In this document: positions 26,522 to 38,632 of the stretch, piece by piece
How positions within the stretch are numbered: position 1 is the stretch's first letter
Layout of the letters: each line of letters starts with the position of its first letter
Source of the DNA: Octopus sinensis
Taxonomy: Eukaryota
Assembly (NCBI RefSeq): GCF_006345805.1
Contig: NC_042998.1
Span: 91,822,001 to 91,886,000, forward strand
Length of the DNA: 64,000 bases
Direction: 5' to 3'
Notes under the pieces: model-generated
Database searches by the model: none
What the model was told of the DNA's origin: nothing
Seen by the model: the letters and a program-made list of their open reading frames with translations, nothing else
Translations under genes and position numbers: made by a program

Positions 26522-27842
26522 TCAGGCCATAACCCGTGGCCCCTACCTGGGACGTAGTCAGTCCACCTGTGCATACCTTCCTTCTTGTGACACTTGTGAA
26601 GACCTGCTGAGGCAAGTGAAAATCAAATCAAATCAAAATAGATGAACATCAATGGAATTTGTATCTTTGTGGTACCAGTGCTGGTGGCACACAAGAAAAC
26701 CATCTGAACGTGGCCGTAGCCAGTACCGCATCGACTGGCCTCCATGCTGTGGGCACATAACAAACACCATCTGATCGTGGCCGTTCGCCAGGCTCTTCTG
26801 GCACCTGTGTCGGTGGCACATAAAAACACCATTCGAAGACCCGGCAAGACTAGTCAGGCCATAACCGTGGCCCCTACCTGGGACGTAGTCAGTCCACCTG
26901 TGCATACCTTCCTTCTTGTGACACTTGTGAAGACCAGTTGAGGCAAGTGAAAATCAAAATCAAAATCAAAATCAAAACAAATCAAAATAGATGAACATCA
27001 ATGGAATTTGTATCTTTGTGGTACCAGTGCTGGTGGCACACAAGAAAACCATCCGAATGTGGCCGTAGCCAGTACCGCATCGACTGGCCTCCGTGCTGTG
27101 GGCACGTAACAAACACCATCCGATCATGGCCGTTTGCCAGCCTCATCTAGCACCTGTGTTGGTGGCACATAAAAACACCATCCGAAGACCTGGCAAGACT
27201 AGTCAGGCCATAACCGTGGCCCCTACCTGGGACGTAGTCAGTCCACCTGTGCATACCTTCCTTCTTGTGACACTTGTGAAGACCTGTTGAGGCAAGTGAA
27301 AATCAAATCAAATCAAAATAGATGAACATCAATGGAATTTGTATCTTTGTGGTACCAGTGCCTGTGGCACACAAGAAATACATCCGAACGTGGCCGTAGC
27401 CAGTACCGCGTCGACTGGCCTCCGTGCTGTGGGCACGTAACAAACACCATCCAATCGTGGCCGTTCACCAGCCTCATCTGGCACCTGTGTCGGTGGCACA
27501 TAAAAACACCATCCGAAGACCCGGCAAGACTAGTCAGGCCATAACCCGTGGCCCCTACCTGGGACGTAGTCAGTCCACCTGTGCATACCTTCCTTCTTGT
27601 GACACTTGTGAAGACCTGTTGAGGCAAGTGAAAATCAAATCAAATCAAAATAGATGAACATCAATGGAATTTGTATCTTTGTGGTACCAGTGCTGGTGGC
27701 ACACAAGAAAACCATCCGAACGTGGCCGTAGCCAGTACCCCATCGACTGGCCTCCGTGCTGTGGGCACGTAACAAACACCATCCGATCGTGGCCGTTTGC
27801 CAGCCTCATCTGGCACCTGTGTCGGTGGCACATAAAAACACC
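26503..27842 (+). repeat. Four tandem copies of a ~331-bp RTE ORF-end/3'UTR unit
   Basis: gaagacc(c/t)ggcaagactagtcaggccataacc starts at 26503, 26835, 27184 and 27515. The second unit is 349 bp because of extra aaatca repeats. Confidence 0.95.
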
Positions 27843-28070
27843 CACTACACTCTCGGAGTGGTTGGCGTTAGGAAGGGCATCCAGTTGTAGAAACACTGCC
27901 AGATCTGACTGGCCTGGTGCAGCCTTCGGGCTCCCCAGACCCCAGTTGAACCGTCCAACCCATGCTAGTATGGAAAGCGGACGTTAAATGATGATGATGA
28001 TGATGATGATATATATATATATACACAACATATATGAAAGGAAAAGATGAGTGAACATGACAAAATGAGA

Positions 28071-28860
28071 TCATCCTCCTCATCATCATCATTTAACGTC
28101 CGTTTTACATGCTAGCATGGTTTGGACAGTTTGACCGAGGTCTGGGAAGCCAGGAGGCTGCACCAGGCTCCGGTCTGATCTAGCAGTTCTTCTACAGCTG
28201 GATGCCCTTCCTAACACCAACCACTCCGTGAGTGTAGTGGATGCTTTTTAAGTGCCACCGGCACAGGGACCAGAGGAGGCAGGCAACGTTCACGATCGGT
28301 TGGTGCTTTTTATGTGCCACCAGCATGGACGCCAGTAGAGGCGGCACTGGCATCAGCCATGTTCGGATAGTGTTTTTTACATGCCACCCGCACGGGTATC
28401 ACAACTACAATTTCCATTTGATTTTTATTTTGATGTTGATGTACTTGACTCAGTAGGTCTCCTCAAGCACAGCAGGTCGCCCTAAGATCCAAGGTAAGCA
28501 CAGCAGGCCATCCTGCGAGTCATGAACTCACTTCATTTGTCAGGTCTTCGCAGATACGGCATATCTCCAGAGGTCTCAGTCTTTCATCATTGCCTCTGTG
28601 AGGCCCAACGTTCGAAGGTCATACTTGACCACATCATCTCATGTCTTCCTGGGTCTACCTCTACCCCGGATTCCTTCAACTGTTTGGGAGTGGCACTTCT
28701 TCACACATCTCTCCTCATCCAGCCATAGTACATGACCATACCAACACAAATGTCTCTCCTACATGCCACATCTGATGCGTCTTATGTCCAACATTTCTCT
28801 CAGAGTGCTTACACTCTGTCATGCGTGCACACTGACATTACACATCCAGCGGATCATGAC
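28071..28860 (-). mobile_element. Second RTE 3' fragment, tail-to-tail with the + copy
   Basis: Reverse complement gives MIRWMCNVSVH..QSVSTLRE...GRGRPRKT*DDVVKYDLRTLGLT (with stops), then 3'UTR modules and the tail. Confidence 0.9.
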
Positions 28861-28903
28861 AGATATATATATATATATATATATATAACACATACACACA
28901 CAC

Positions 28904-28937
<34 letters not shown>

Positions 28938-28942
28938 AACAT

Positions 28943-29032
28943 AGATAAATAAATAAATAAATGGAGTTAAATTCAAGTGTTATTCAAATCTTTGAATAAT
29001 ACCTGCGTTTAACTCCATTTATTTATTTATCT
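28943..29032. repeat. Near-perfect ~90-nt palindrome/hairpin
   Basis: agataaataaat(aaat)aaatggagttaaa-ttcaag-tgttattcaaa-tc-tttgaataata-cctgcg-tttaactccatttatttatttatct. Confidence 0.85.
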
Positions 29033-29212
29033 GTTATACAAAAACATTTCACTAAACCCTGGAATTTCTACCTTTATAGGTAGGTTGTTACATCCTTGGT
29101 ACTTATGTGAACTTTTGCTACCCTGGTAAATATTTATTTTTTTTTTCTGTGTTATTTGTACACATTGAAAAAATACACATACATTTATATATATATATAT
29201 ACAGAGAGAGAT

Positions 29213-30050
29213 AAACTTACTTTGAAGAGGATGTGTGGCGCTCAATCATATAATAATATAAATAATATATATATGCATATATACATACGTATATGTACAT
29301 ATCTACAGCTAGATGTATATATATATATGCATACGTCGGCACAGAACATCACGAACTGTGTATGACAAAAAAAATACGAAGCACAAGTACATGGAACATG
29401 AACAATTTTTCTAATAATGAAAGACACAAATAGAAAACTAAACAAACAACATAAAGACCGACCCTTCATCAGTTGCTGGCTGTTTTTCTAGTCTCATATT
29501 TCAAACATTTAACAACAATATACGCTTTCGATAAAACAGTTGCTCCTGCAAAGCGAATTAAATAAAATTTGGGATTTTGTGGAGGGTCAAAATTAGTAAC
29601 ACGAACAGGACAATGAAAACAAACAGGAAGGGCTGCTAAGCCCAAACGAGGTTGTGGTGGTGAAATCATAAATCAAGCTTGGACAGGAGACAAACAAGAA
29701 CATGTCTTCCTTGTTCCAGCTACAACGGAGAGAAAGAAAGAAACACAAGTTAGGAGAAGAAAAAAAGATGGTCGATGGTCACATGGGAGCCAAGTGAGCA
29801 AGGGAAATCCCAAATTTTATTTAATTTGCTTTGCAGGAGCAACTGTTTTATCGAAAGCGTATATTGTTATTAAATGCTTGAAATATGAGACTAGAAAAAC
29901 AGCCAACAACTGATGGATGGTCGTTCTTTATGTTATTTGTTTTGTTTTTCATTTCTGTCTTTCACTGTTTGAAAAAATAGTTCATGTTCCATGTACTCGT
30001 GCTTCGTACTTTTTTGTTGTACACTTTTCGGGATGTCCTGTGCCCACATT

Positions 30051-30088
<38 letters not shown>

Positions 30089-30192
30089 TGTAAGTATGTA
30101 CATATATGTATATGTATATGAAATGCATATATATATATATTATTTATATTATTATATGATTGAACGCCACACATCCTCTTCCAAGTAAGTTT
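29213..30192. repeat. Foldback structure: ~365-385-bp inverted arms around a 229-bp spacer
   Basis: 29213-29576 is the reverse complement of 29806-30192, for example tacgctttcgataaaacagttgctcctgcaaagc / gctttgcaggagcaactgttttatcgaaagcgta and gaggatgtgtggcg / cgccacacatcctc. Confidence 0.9.
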
Positions 30193-30261
30193 TATCTTAA
30201 TAATTCTGATGTGCACACACACACACACACACACACATATATACACACATATACATGCATG

Positions 30262-30294
<33 letters not shown>

Positions 30295-30527
30295 GAAGTG
30301 AAACAATATAAAAGTGAAACTATTTATAACTTACTCCATTGAAGGTTTCACTTTTATTCTTCAAGTTCTGATCTGTAATATGGAACCAGTGCCAATGTTG
30401 CATTGTTTTAACCCCCAAAAAATTACAGGTTGACACTCCTGGGGTCCCACAGTATTGCCATGTAAAATTTGATTTGATTTGGTTGAGCCATTTGAGAATG
30501 CATTGGGAACAGACAGAGATACAAATG

Positions 30528-30601
<74 letters not shown>

Positions 30602-30609
30602 CACACACA

Positions 30610-30812
30610 CAGAGTGCGATGGGTAAATTGCTATTGTTTTATATTCTTAATTTCATGCATGTTCATCGTTTGTTTTTGATTTTGTTCACTATACAGTATA
30701 GTAGGGTCAGTTGGGCACCATCTATGAGAAAAACAGCACCCTGATGCAATTTACTCTGCCAGAAATTTGGAAACGACCTGATGTATTGCTGTACATTAGC
30801 TCACACCCTGTA
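30610..30812. mobile_element. Probable internally deleted Tc1/mariner element
   Basis: Ends cagagtg...caccctgta, similar to the cagggtg terminus at 31310. Confidence 0.4.
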
Positions 30813-31272
30813 TCGCGCATGGACTCACATGCACACACACATACACGCACACCAAGATTGCTACAGTTTTCATCTATTAAATTCACTAACAAGATATTGC
30901 TTGGCTTAAGGTCATGACACTTATGGTAGAAGACACTTATAAAAGGTGCTGTATAGTAGTACTGAACCCAAAACCAAAAGTTGGGAAGAAAAGTACTTAA
31001 TGACACAACCATGCAAACAGATACACACATATATGTTTGTGTGTGTGTCAAACCAAGTGAGATTGTAGTTGTGGCCAATGCTGGTGTTTCATAAATGGCA
31101 TATAAAAACCACCCACTACACTCTAGGAGTAGTTGATGTTAGAAAGGACATCCAGCTGTAGAAAACATACCACATCACACTGGAACCTGGTGCAGCTCCC
31201 CAGCTTATGGGCTAGCATTCAAATCATCCAACCCATGCCAGCATGGAAAATGGACATTAATGATGATGATGA

Positions 31273-31309
<37 letters not shown>

Positions 31310-31311
<2 letters not shown>

Positions 31312-31712
31312 GGGTGCATAAGATATTTGAGGACAAATTTATGTTTTAAAAAAAAAAAAACCGATGTATAATAACAGATAATAACTTTATTTATCAAAAA
31401 ATGTATGAGGATAAAAATAAACTTTCTTTTCTATAATGTTTTTCAATAAAGCCACCTTCAGTTTCAACAACTGCTTCTATATGAGATCTAAATCATCTAC
31501 ATGCTCGAATCAAGTGGTCCTGGTTTATTTTGGACATTACTCTGACAATGGCAGCTTTCAAAGAATCTTTGGTGTTATGGGCATGTTCATTGACCTCTTT
31601 CTCAACAATATTCCACATGTAATAGTCAAATGGATTGAGATCTGGGGAATTAGAAAGCCAAATGTTAGAAGCTATGTGAACATGAAAATTTTCAGCCATC
31701 CATTCCTGTGTT
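31310..31712 (-). mobile_element. Tc1/mariner-superfamily transposase 3' remnant
   Basis: The minus frame reads WLSNSPDLNPFDYYMWNIVEKEV (the SPDLNP.D catalytic motif). Terminus cagggtg sits next to (TA)n. Confidence 0.8.
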
Positions 31713-32340
31713 ACTAGAGCTATGTGTGATAGTGCAGAGCCTTACTGAAACACATATGGCCTTCCATTGCATACACTGTCTATCTAGGGCTTAATTATTC
31801 CAGGATCTCAATGTAGGTGGTAGAGTTAACTCTAAGGCCTTATAGAAAGAAGTGAGAAGGCATCACATTGCTGACAACCCCTAAAACCTGATAGTTGCAG
31901 GAAATTTTTATATGCATAACACTTGGAACTTCAGAAGGGTCTGCACATAACCATCTGTCATTCCTTCTGTTAACATTTTGTTAACAGTTTGTTTAAGAGC
32001 CTTTTAGATTTGCTGTAATGATTTTCTTTTGCTTTTTCTGACAAATTGATCTTCCCTTGCACAGAAACACAAATACCATTTCATCAAATACTGTGAATGC
32101 AATGGCAAACGTAGAGATAAATTCACGGAAACAGATATGCACACATGTATTCACCACCTGAATACAGTGGCATGAAAGTCAAGTCATAAGTCACACTTTC
32201 ACTTTCATTTTCAGTAAGGAAAAACAGTATCCTCTACAGCATATATTGAATACTCCTCATTTATCCAATGCAAACCAATGTGCATATATATGCATACATA
32301 TATATATGTTTGTATATAATAATTTATAATAATACATGTT

Positions 32341-32400
<60 letters not shown>

Positions 32401-32515
32401 TGTATATAGGAAGGTGGATGTTAAACGATGATGATGATATATATATGTATGCATATACATTTTCCATGCTAACCCAGCATGGAAAACAGATGCTAAATGA
32501 TGATGATGGTGATGA

Positions 32516-32564
<49 letters not shown>

Positions 32565-34332
32565 GTTAATATGTGTTTGTGTATGTGTCTAATATATGAA
32601 GTTGATTGCTTACTCTTTGTTTTACCTTAGGATATTATAAACATTTATCCACATTGCCCAATGTGTTGAGTTCTCATCAGATAATGTTTGCACTATGTAA
32701 AACATATTTTTAATATATTTTACACCATTCATATTAGTATGTATGTGTATATAAAATAAGCCATTACACAATTTCCATCTACCAGTTTCACTCACAAGGC
32801 ATTGGTTGGCTTGAAGCTGATAATAGATTGATTGGTCTTTTCCTTTGCTTTCCCTGCAAATCCTAATCAGTACAGAACTTTGCACAGTAAGCATCTTGGA
32901 AAACCTTGATCAGTCCCCTCTATGGTGTGTCTTCACCTCGTTAATGTGCCTTCAAGGATCTGTTCTGAGACACTTCTTAAATATTCTCTTTCCATGGCTT
33001 TGTATTTTCCAGCATGAGTTGTTTTGTTACTTCAGAAATGATGACCTTGTCTGGCTAGGGTGATGTTGGCATGACGTGGTGTTTGCCTTCATTGACATGC
33101 AACAACCAATTAGAAGTGGTATAGGGGAGGTCTATCCTTGATTCTAGTTGTGGATAGTTTAATGGTATCTTTGGTGACATTGTGGTATTTATTTGTGATC
33201 ACGACAGTGACTATACTCTCAACAACTATGTGAAAAGGAAGGGAGAATCAAGAGGTGTCTCTGTCTTCTCACAACTACATACTCACTTAAAACAATTGCC
33301 AAATGCATGGTACATATAACCATGCCATATTTATTCAGCAGTGATGGCTGCCTTGAAAAACAGAAGTTTAGAGAAAGTACATAAGGACAGATCCTTGCAG
33401 TGTTTCACTTTGAACATTTCTATTTCTAATTGAAATTTGTTGCATACTATTATATGCTTGGTAACCTGGAAAATATGTTGCTGGTCAGCATTTTGCTTTG
33501 CTTCTTAAGGAGATACTTAATAGTTTGTGTATAAGCAAGTGTTTTATTGATGGTAATGGAACTTAGGATGGCATGTAGGGAGGAAGTTGCTGCAGACATC
33601 ATATATTTTTTTGTGAGGAGTTTGTTGATTTGATGTAGTGATTGAAACGTGTGTTGTGATCTACAGCATAAAGAACTCTCCTAATAAAATCTGAAAAATT
33701 TTTTGATCTTATTTCCATTATTTCCTACATAGACAGACTCTCACCTACTGCCTCAAATTCTAATCTGTTCTAGAGATAATCTGTGAGAAATGAATCAAGT
33801 AATATTAAGTAATGATGTGCAGTTTTATCTGTAACTCATTTCTGCACCAAACTGGTGCTTACACTGTCTATCCTTCATGGTTATTTACTAATTTCCAATG
33901 TAAGTAGTAAATGAATGCTTTTGATTTCTTGGGAAAATGGTACATGGTAAACTTTTAATAAATATTTTCTTTCCTTTATTTTTGTATCTAAAAGGATTGC
34001 TTTCATTTATAATGTGATGGTTATAAATCTTATTATTTTGTTTTGTTATTAAATTTAATATGTTTTAAGCTTTGTTAAAGACAAATTGAGAGGAAATGTT
34101 ATTTACTAATTCAAATAACTATTCTGATAAATAATATATAAAAGTATTAATATATGAAATAGTTTTAAATTTAAAAGCATTCCATAGTAATGGTAAACAT
34201 TTCAGGTAAAAGAAAATTATTTTCGAAAAGCTGCAGGAAACTTCCTTTTGACATTAAAGGTAAGATATTTCATAATCTAAAAGATTTAATTATTTTGTTA
34301 AAAATAATGTATAATATATGTATTCATTTTAG

Positions 34333-34626
34333 AACCACCACCACCTCCTGAAAATATTGTTGTTGATGATGTGAACTATGACTCTGTGACTTTATCATGG
34401 AAAGAACCAAGGAATGCTTCAGTGACCAGCTATCTTTTAGAAATTAAGCATATAGAAAGAAAATTCTGGAAAAAGGAAGCTCGATTGCCTCCTTATATGC
34501 TTCACTATCAGCTGAAGAATTTATCTGATGATGATATACTTTTAGTTCGAGTATCAGCATCAAATCAGTATGGTACCAGTGAACCTTGTACTCTCACCTC
34601 ACCCATACATATTAAATTTCGCACGA
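34333..34626 (+). CDS. Fn3 domain exon
   Basis: ttttag|AA...A|gtaagt, 294 nt, phase 1-1. (E)PPPPPENIVVDDVNYDSVTLSWKEP...SYLLE...VRVSASNQYGTSEP. Confidence 0.95.
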
Positions 34627-34831
34627 GTAAGTAGGTATTTTCCTGATATAAATGGCACTCATCAGTGTCTTCTCTTAAGGTGAAAATATCAGAGAGTAAT
34701 TAGTAATTTCTTTAAATATACAGACTATTAACTTTTTATGTAATCCAGTCAAAACATTGTCTCTTAGAATTAATACTGTATTTATTGGGTTCTAGTTTTT
34801 TGACAGCATTCTTGATAAAAGAAATATAGAT

Positions 34832-34900
34832 GCACACACACACACACACACTCATACACATGCATACATGCATATATACATACATACATACACATATACA

Positions 34901-34931
<31 letters not shown>

Positions 34932-35050
34932 GTACATACATACATATGTACATACATACATACATACATACATACATACATACTACATACATACATACAT
35001 ACATACATACATACATACATACATAAATATGTACATACATACATACATAT
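34832..35050. repeat. (CA)n/(CATA)n microsatellite
   Basis: Directly visible. Confidence 0.95.
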
Positions 35051-35300
35051 AAACAAGAAGACCTCTAGAAACTACAAACCACTAAACAAGCATAGTCCTT
35101 ACCAGAATTAGAATCCTGATGAAAGACAATCACATAATATCACCACAAGATATAATATATACCACAAAACCACCATAAACCAAGAATTCTCTAAATGAGA
35201 TCAAACATAAGAGCACACAAGAACTAGAATTTCAATAAAGGGCAACTTAGAGCCATGAGAACACAAGTAACAAACATTCACATCCAACACACCACACACA

Positions 35301-35339
<39 letters not shown>

Positions 35340-35589
35340 AAACAAAAACATCACAAGCACATCAAATGTATACATTCCATCTTCAGCTGCCTAACAGATA
35401 TCAATTTCAACACTTAAGCAGTACCACTGAATCTGGTAGTATCAACTGTTATAAAACATAAATGCTGCCTGGAAATCAATAGATAAGAAGCAGGAACCAA
35501 ACAGCACAATATGTACATTATGCTTATACCTATTTATTGTTACAAAACACAAACATCAAATCTTAGATATAAATCATCACATCACATTG

Positions 35590-35985
35590 TATCTATCTTT
35601 TACTTGTTTCAGTCATTGGATTGGGATACTGTCCTAAAAGATTTAGTCAAATAAATCAACACCAGTACTATTTTTAAAGCCCACTACTTATTCTATTGGT
35701 CTCTTTTGCCAAACTGGTAAGTTACAGAGATGTAAACAAACCAACACTTGTTATCAAGAAGGATGGAAACAAACACAAACACACATGCATGCACGTGCAC
35801 ACACACACACACACACACATACAATAGACCTCCTTTAGTATCTGTCTGCCAAATCCACTTATAAGTTTTGATCTGCCTGTGGCCATAGTAGAAGACACTT
35901 TCCCAAGTTTCTATGTTGTTGGACTGAAAGTTAGACCACGTGGATGGGAAGCAAGCTTCTTAACCACACATCTGCACCTATGTAT
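35590..35985 (-). mobile_element. Decayed SINE (family of 57020)
   Basis: ttttacttgtttcagtcatt tail, tactacttattctattggtctc, internal (CA)n, atagtagaagacac, head. Confidence 0.7.
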
Positions 35986-36169
35986 ATATGTGTATATATA
36001 CACAAACATGTGTGGATGTGCACATGCATACACATTTCATGTATCAAATTTTGCTGGAAACTTATAATTTTGAATTTCATTTAAATTATATTAAAATCAG
36101 TATTTTTTTGCATTATTAAGTTAGTAACTTTCAATTTTGGGACAAAATAATCAAATTAAATCCTACATA

Positions 36170-36633
36170 GGTGCAGGAGTGGCTATGTGGTAAGTAGCTT
36201 GCTAACCAACCACATAGTTCTGGGTTCAGTCCCACTGCATGGCACCTTGGGCAGGTATCTTCTACTACAGCCTTGGGCTGACCAAAGCCTTGTGAGTGGA
36301 TTTGGTAGACGGAAGCTGAAAGAAGCCTGTCGTATATGTGTGTGTGAGTGTGTGTGTGTGTACATGTGCATATGTGTGTGTGTCTGTGTGTGTGTCTGTC
36401 TGTCTGTGTGTGTGTCTATATGTTTGTGTGTCTATGTTTGTCACCCCACCATTACCTGACAACCGATGCTGGTGTGTTTATGTCCCCATAACTTAGTGGT
36501 TTGACAAAAGAGACTGATAGAATAAGTACTAGGCTTACAAAGAACAAGTCCTGGAATCGATTTGCTCGACTAAAGGTGGTGCTCCAGCATGGCTGCAGTC
36601 AAATGACTGAAACAAATAAAAGAATAAAAGAAT
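36170..36633 (+). mobile_element. tRNA-derived SINE with internal (TG)n
   Basis: Nearly collinear with 57020-57475: A/B-box-like head, ccttgggcag, gaataagtactaggcttac, gactgaaacaaataaaagaat tail. Confidence 0.9.
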
Positions 36634-36786
36634 ATAAATTAAAGGTATCATAGACTATGAACAAAGCTCCTTGGGAACCATGTCAATTGCCAAATTTTCC
36701 TTTCTAGTAAAAGCCATATTTAATTATGCTGCTAATATTTCAAAGAACTTCCTGATTTTTTCACATACCATTTTGTTAATGCTACA

Positions 36787-36841
<55 letters not shown>

Positions 36842-37391
36842 ACACACATACACACACACACATGCATAAATATATATATATATATACTTTCTCCTTAATT
36901 TTATGCATATATTTGATATAAAAACCTTCTTCATTAAATAGTATTTTCCAGTAACTTTACTCTATTTATAAAGTGAGTAATTTTTATTTCGAACCAATTA
37001 AAAACAATTAATTTTTTACAGAATAATTAACAAAAGTTATATGTATACTTGCATTTTAACAAACACCTTATGTATGTTGTCTTTATAAACCAGTTTATCA
37101 GTTTTAAATTTTTCATTTCAGAGCCTTGGTAACTTTGCATGCTTTGGTGATGCTATTGATAACTGAATTACACTAGAACTGGTTCATTTCTAGATTATTA
37201 TTAGTTTTCTTTAGTTTTGAACTAACATTGAATGTTATATTTTGAAAACATTTTGAATAAATATTTTGTTTGGTTTTACAAGTATTTAACACATCTTTAT
37301 AACCATAAATTATAATGTTGAATATGAAAATTTTTCTGCTCATCATTCATGAATATATGAATAATTTTTGTGTCATTCATACTAATGATAT

Positions 37392-37413
37392 AATACATAC
37401 ATACATACATACA

Positions 37414-37447
<34 letters not shown>

Positions 37448-37599
37448 CATACATACACACACACAAAAACACATGCATGCACACACACCATCCCATGGAA
37501 GGTGGACGTTAAATGATGATACATACATACATGCATACATACATACATGCATGCATGCATACATACATACATACATACATACATACATACATACATACA

Positions 37600-37630
<31 letters not shown>
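37392..37630. repeat. (CATA)n microsatellite with an embedded ~30-nt RTE tail (about 37490-37520)
   Basis: Visible; the insert is cccatggaaggtggacgttaaatgatgat. Confidence 0.9.
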
Positions 37631-38588
37631 CACATCACATGTTAACAGCACTTAGACATATATGTAAGCAAGTGTGTGAGTATGTAAAATTGATTTTATT
37701 TCACTTACTGTTACTGAAAATTTTCAGCAAAGCAATCATCAAATAATTAGATATTCAAATAGAGAAACGTTTCAAACTTTGACTCAATGATTACGTCTCC
37801 TGCCTTTCATTTATTTGCAATTATATCAAAGAAATTTGATTCAAATCTTCCCCAAAGAGAATTCTAACCAGTTGTTGAAAAATCCCTATTCTGTAAGCAT
37901 AATCATTTGAATGCTTATTTATAAATTTCAAGGTATATATGACCATTGAGTCTTGTCACTAGACAACTAATTTTGCTTAAATATTTAGGTAAAGACTGAA
38001 TTCTTTTCAGCTGCAAATAAAGCTGTTCCCTCTGCTTCATACATTCATTATTCTTAAGATTTGGTGTTTCATTTCTGGACATTTCCTTACCAGATACATA
38101 AATTTATTTTACTATGCACATGAAAATAAAAGCTTAAACAATTAAGCCTTTTTTTAAACAATATACCTTTTATATATCAAAGGCTTAATGTACCTTTAGA
38201 AAAAAAAAGCAAATGAAAAAACCCCATAGAAGACAATAAACCAATTTTCTGAAAGGTGCTGGTAATTAAAAACCTGACAAATCATTTTTGTATAACAATA
38301 TAATTTACAATAAATGAATTGCATGGAATAGGGTAGACAATCTAACAAGAAATTGTGACACATATGGTATCTTTGAAAATACAGTGGTCATAATCTTTCA
38401 CTTGGAAATAGCTAGTAATATTTCACAGCCCTTACAGTTATACTTTTATAATTCCTTTCATTCTTCAGCCTTTCATTGCTATGTTCAAAATACTATTGCA
38501 AATACCAAGTATTGTGAACTGAAAATATTGAATGTGAGCTATGTGAGACTGGAGGCCTGAATGAATCATTCACATTTACTTTGTACAG

Positions 38589-38632
38589 ATGTCCCATGGC
38601 TGGCAACCAGATAGAAAACATAAAGGGTTTAA
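38589..38632 (+). CDS. Candidate 44-nt exon carrying an in-frame start codon (ATG 38596)
   Basis: Acceptor ttcacatttactttgtacag|, donor AA|gtatgt. MAGNQIENIKGL plus a phase-1 join to 39709 is in frame. Confidence 0.33.

Larger units (their letters stand above)
24874..28010 (+). mobile_element. Young 5'-truncated RTE-clade non-LTR retrotransposon
   Basis: Starts abruptly after (TA)n. Intact RT frame to 26521, then a 3'UTR with a tandem array and a tail ending (gat)n/(at)n. No endonuclease domain left. Confidence 0.95.

Noticed and set aside
26503-27842. CRISPR-like reading of the tandem array (and of the 39-bp repeat at 55440)
   Set aside because: The units are contiguous with no unique spacers, there are no cas genes, and the context is eukaryotic.
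25123-27987. Antisense ORFs in the RT and recurring short ORFs in the tandem array
   Set aside because: Shadows of the RTE coding strand and of the repeated 3'UTR unit.
29440-29500. ctgatgaagggtc hammerhead half-core in the foldback arm
   Set aside because: No GAAA follows a closable stem II, and the copy in the other arm is mutated (ctgatgga).
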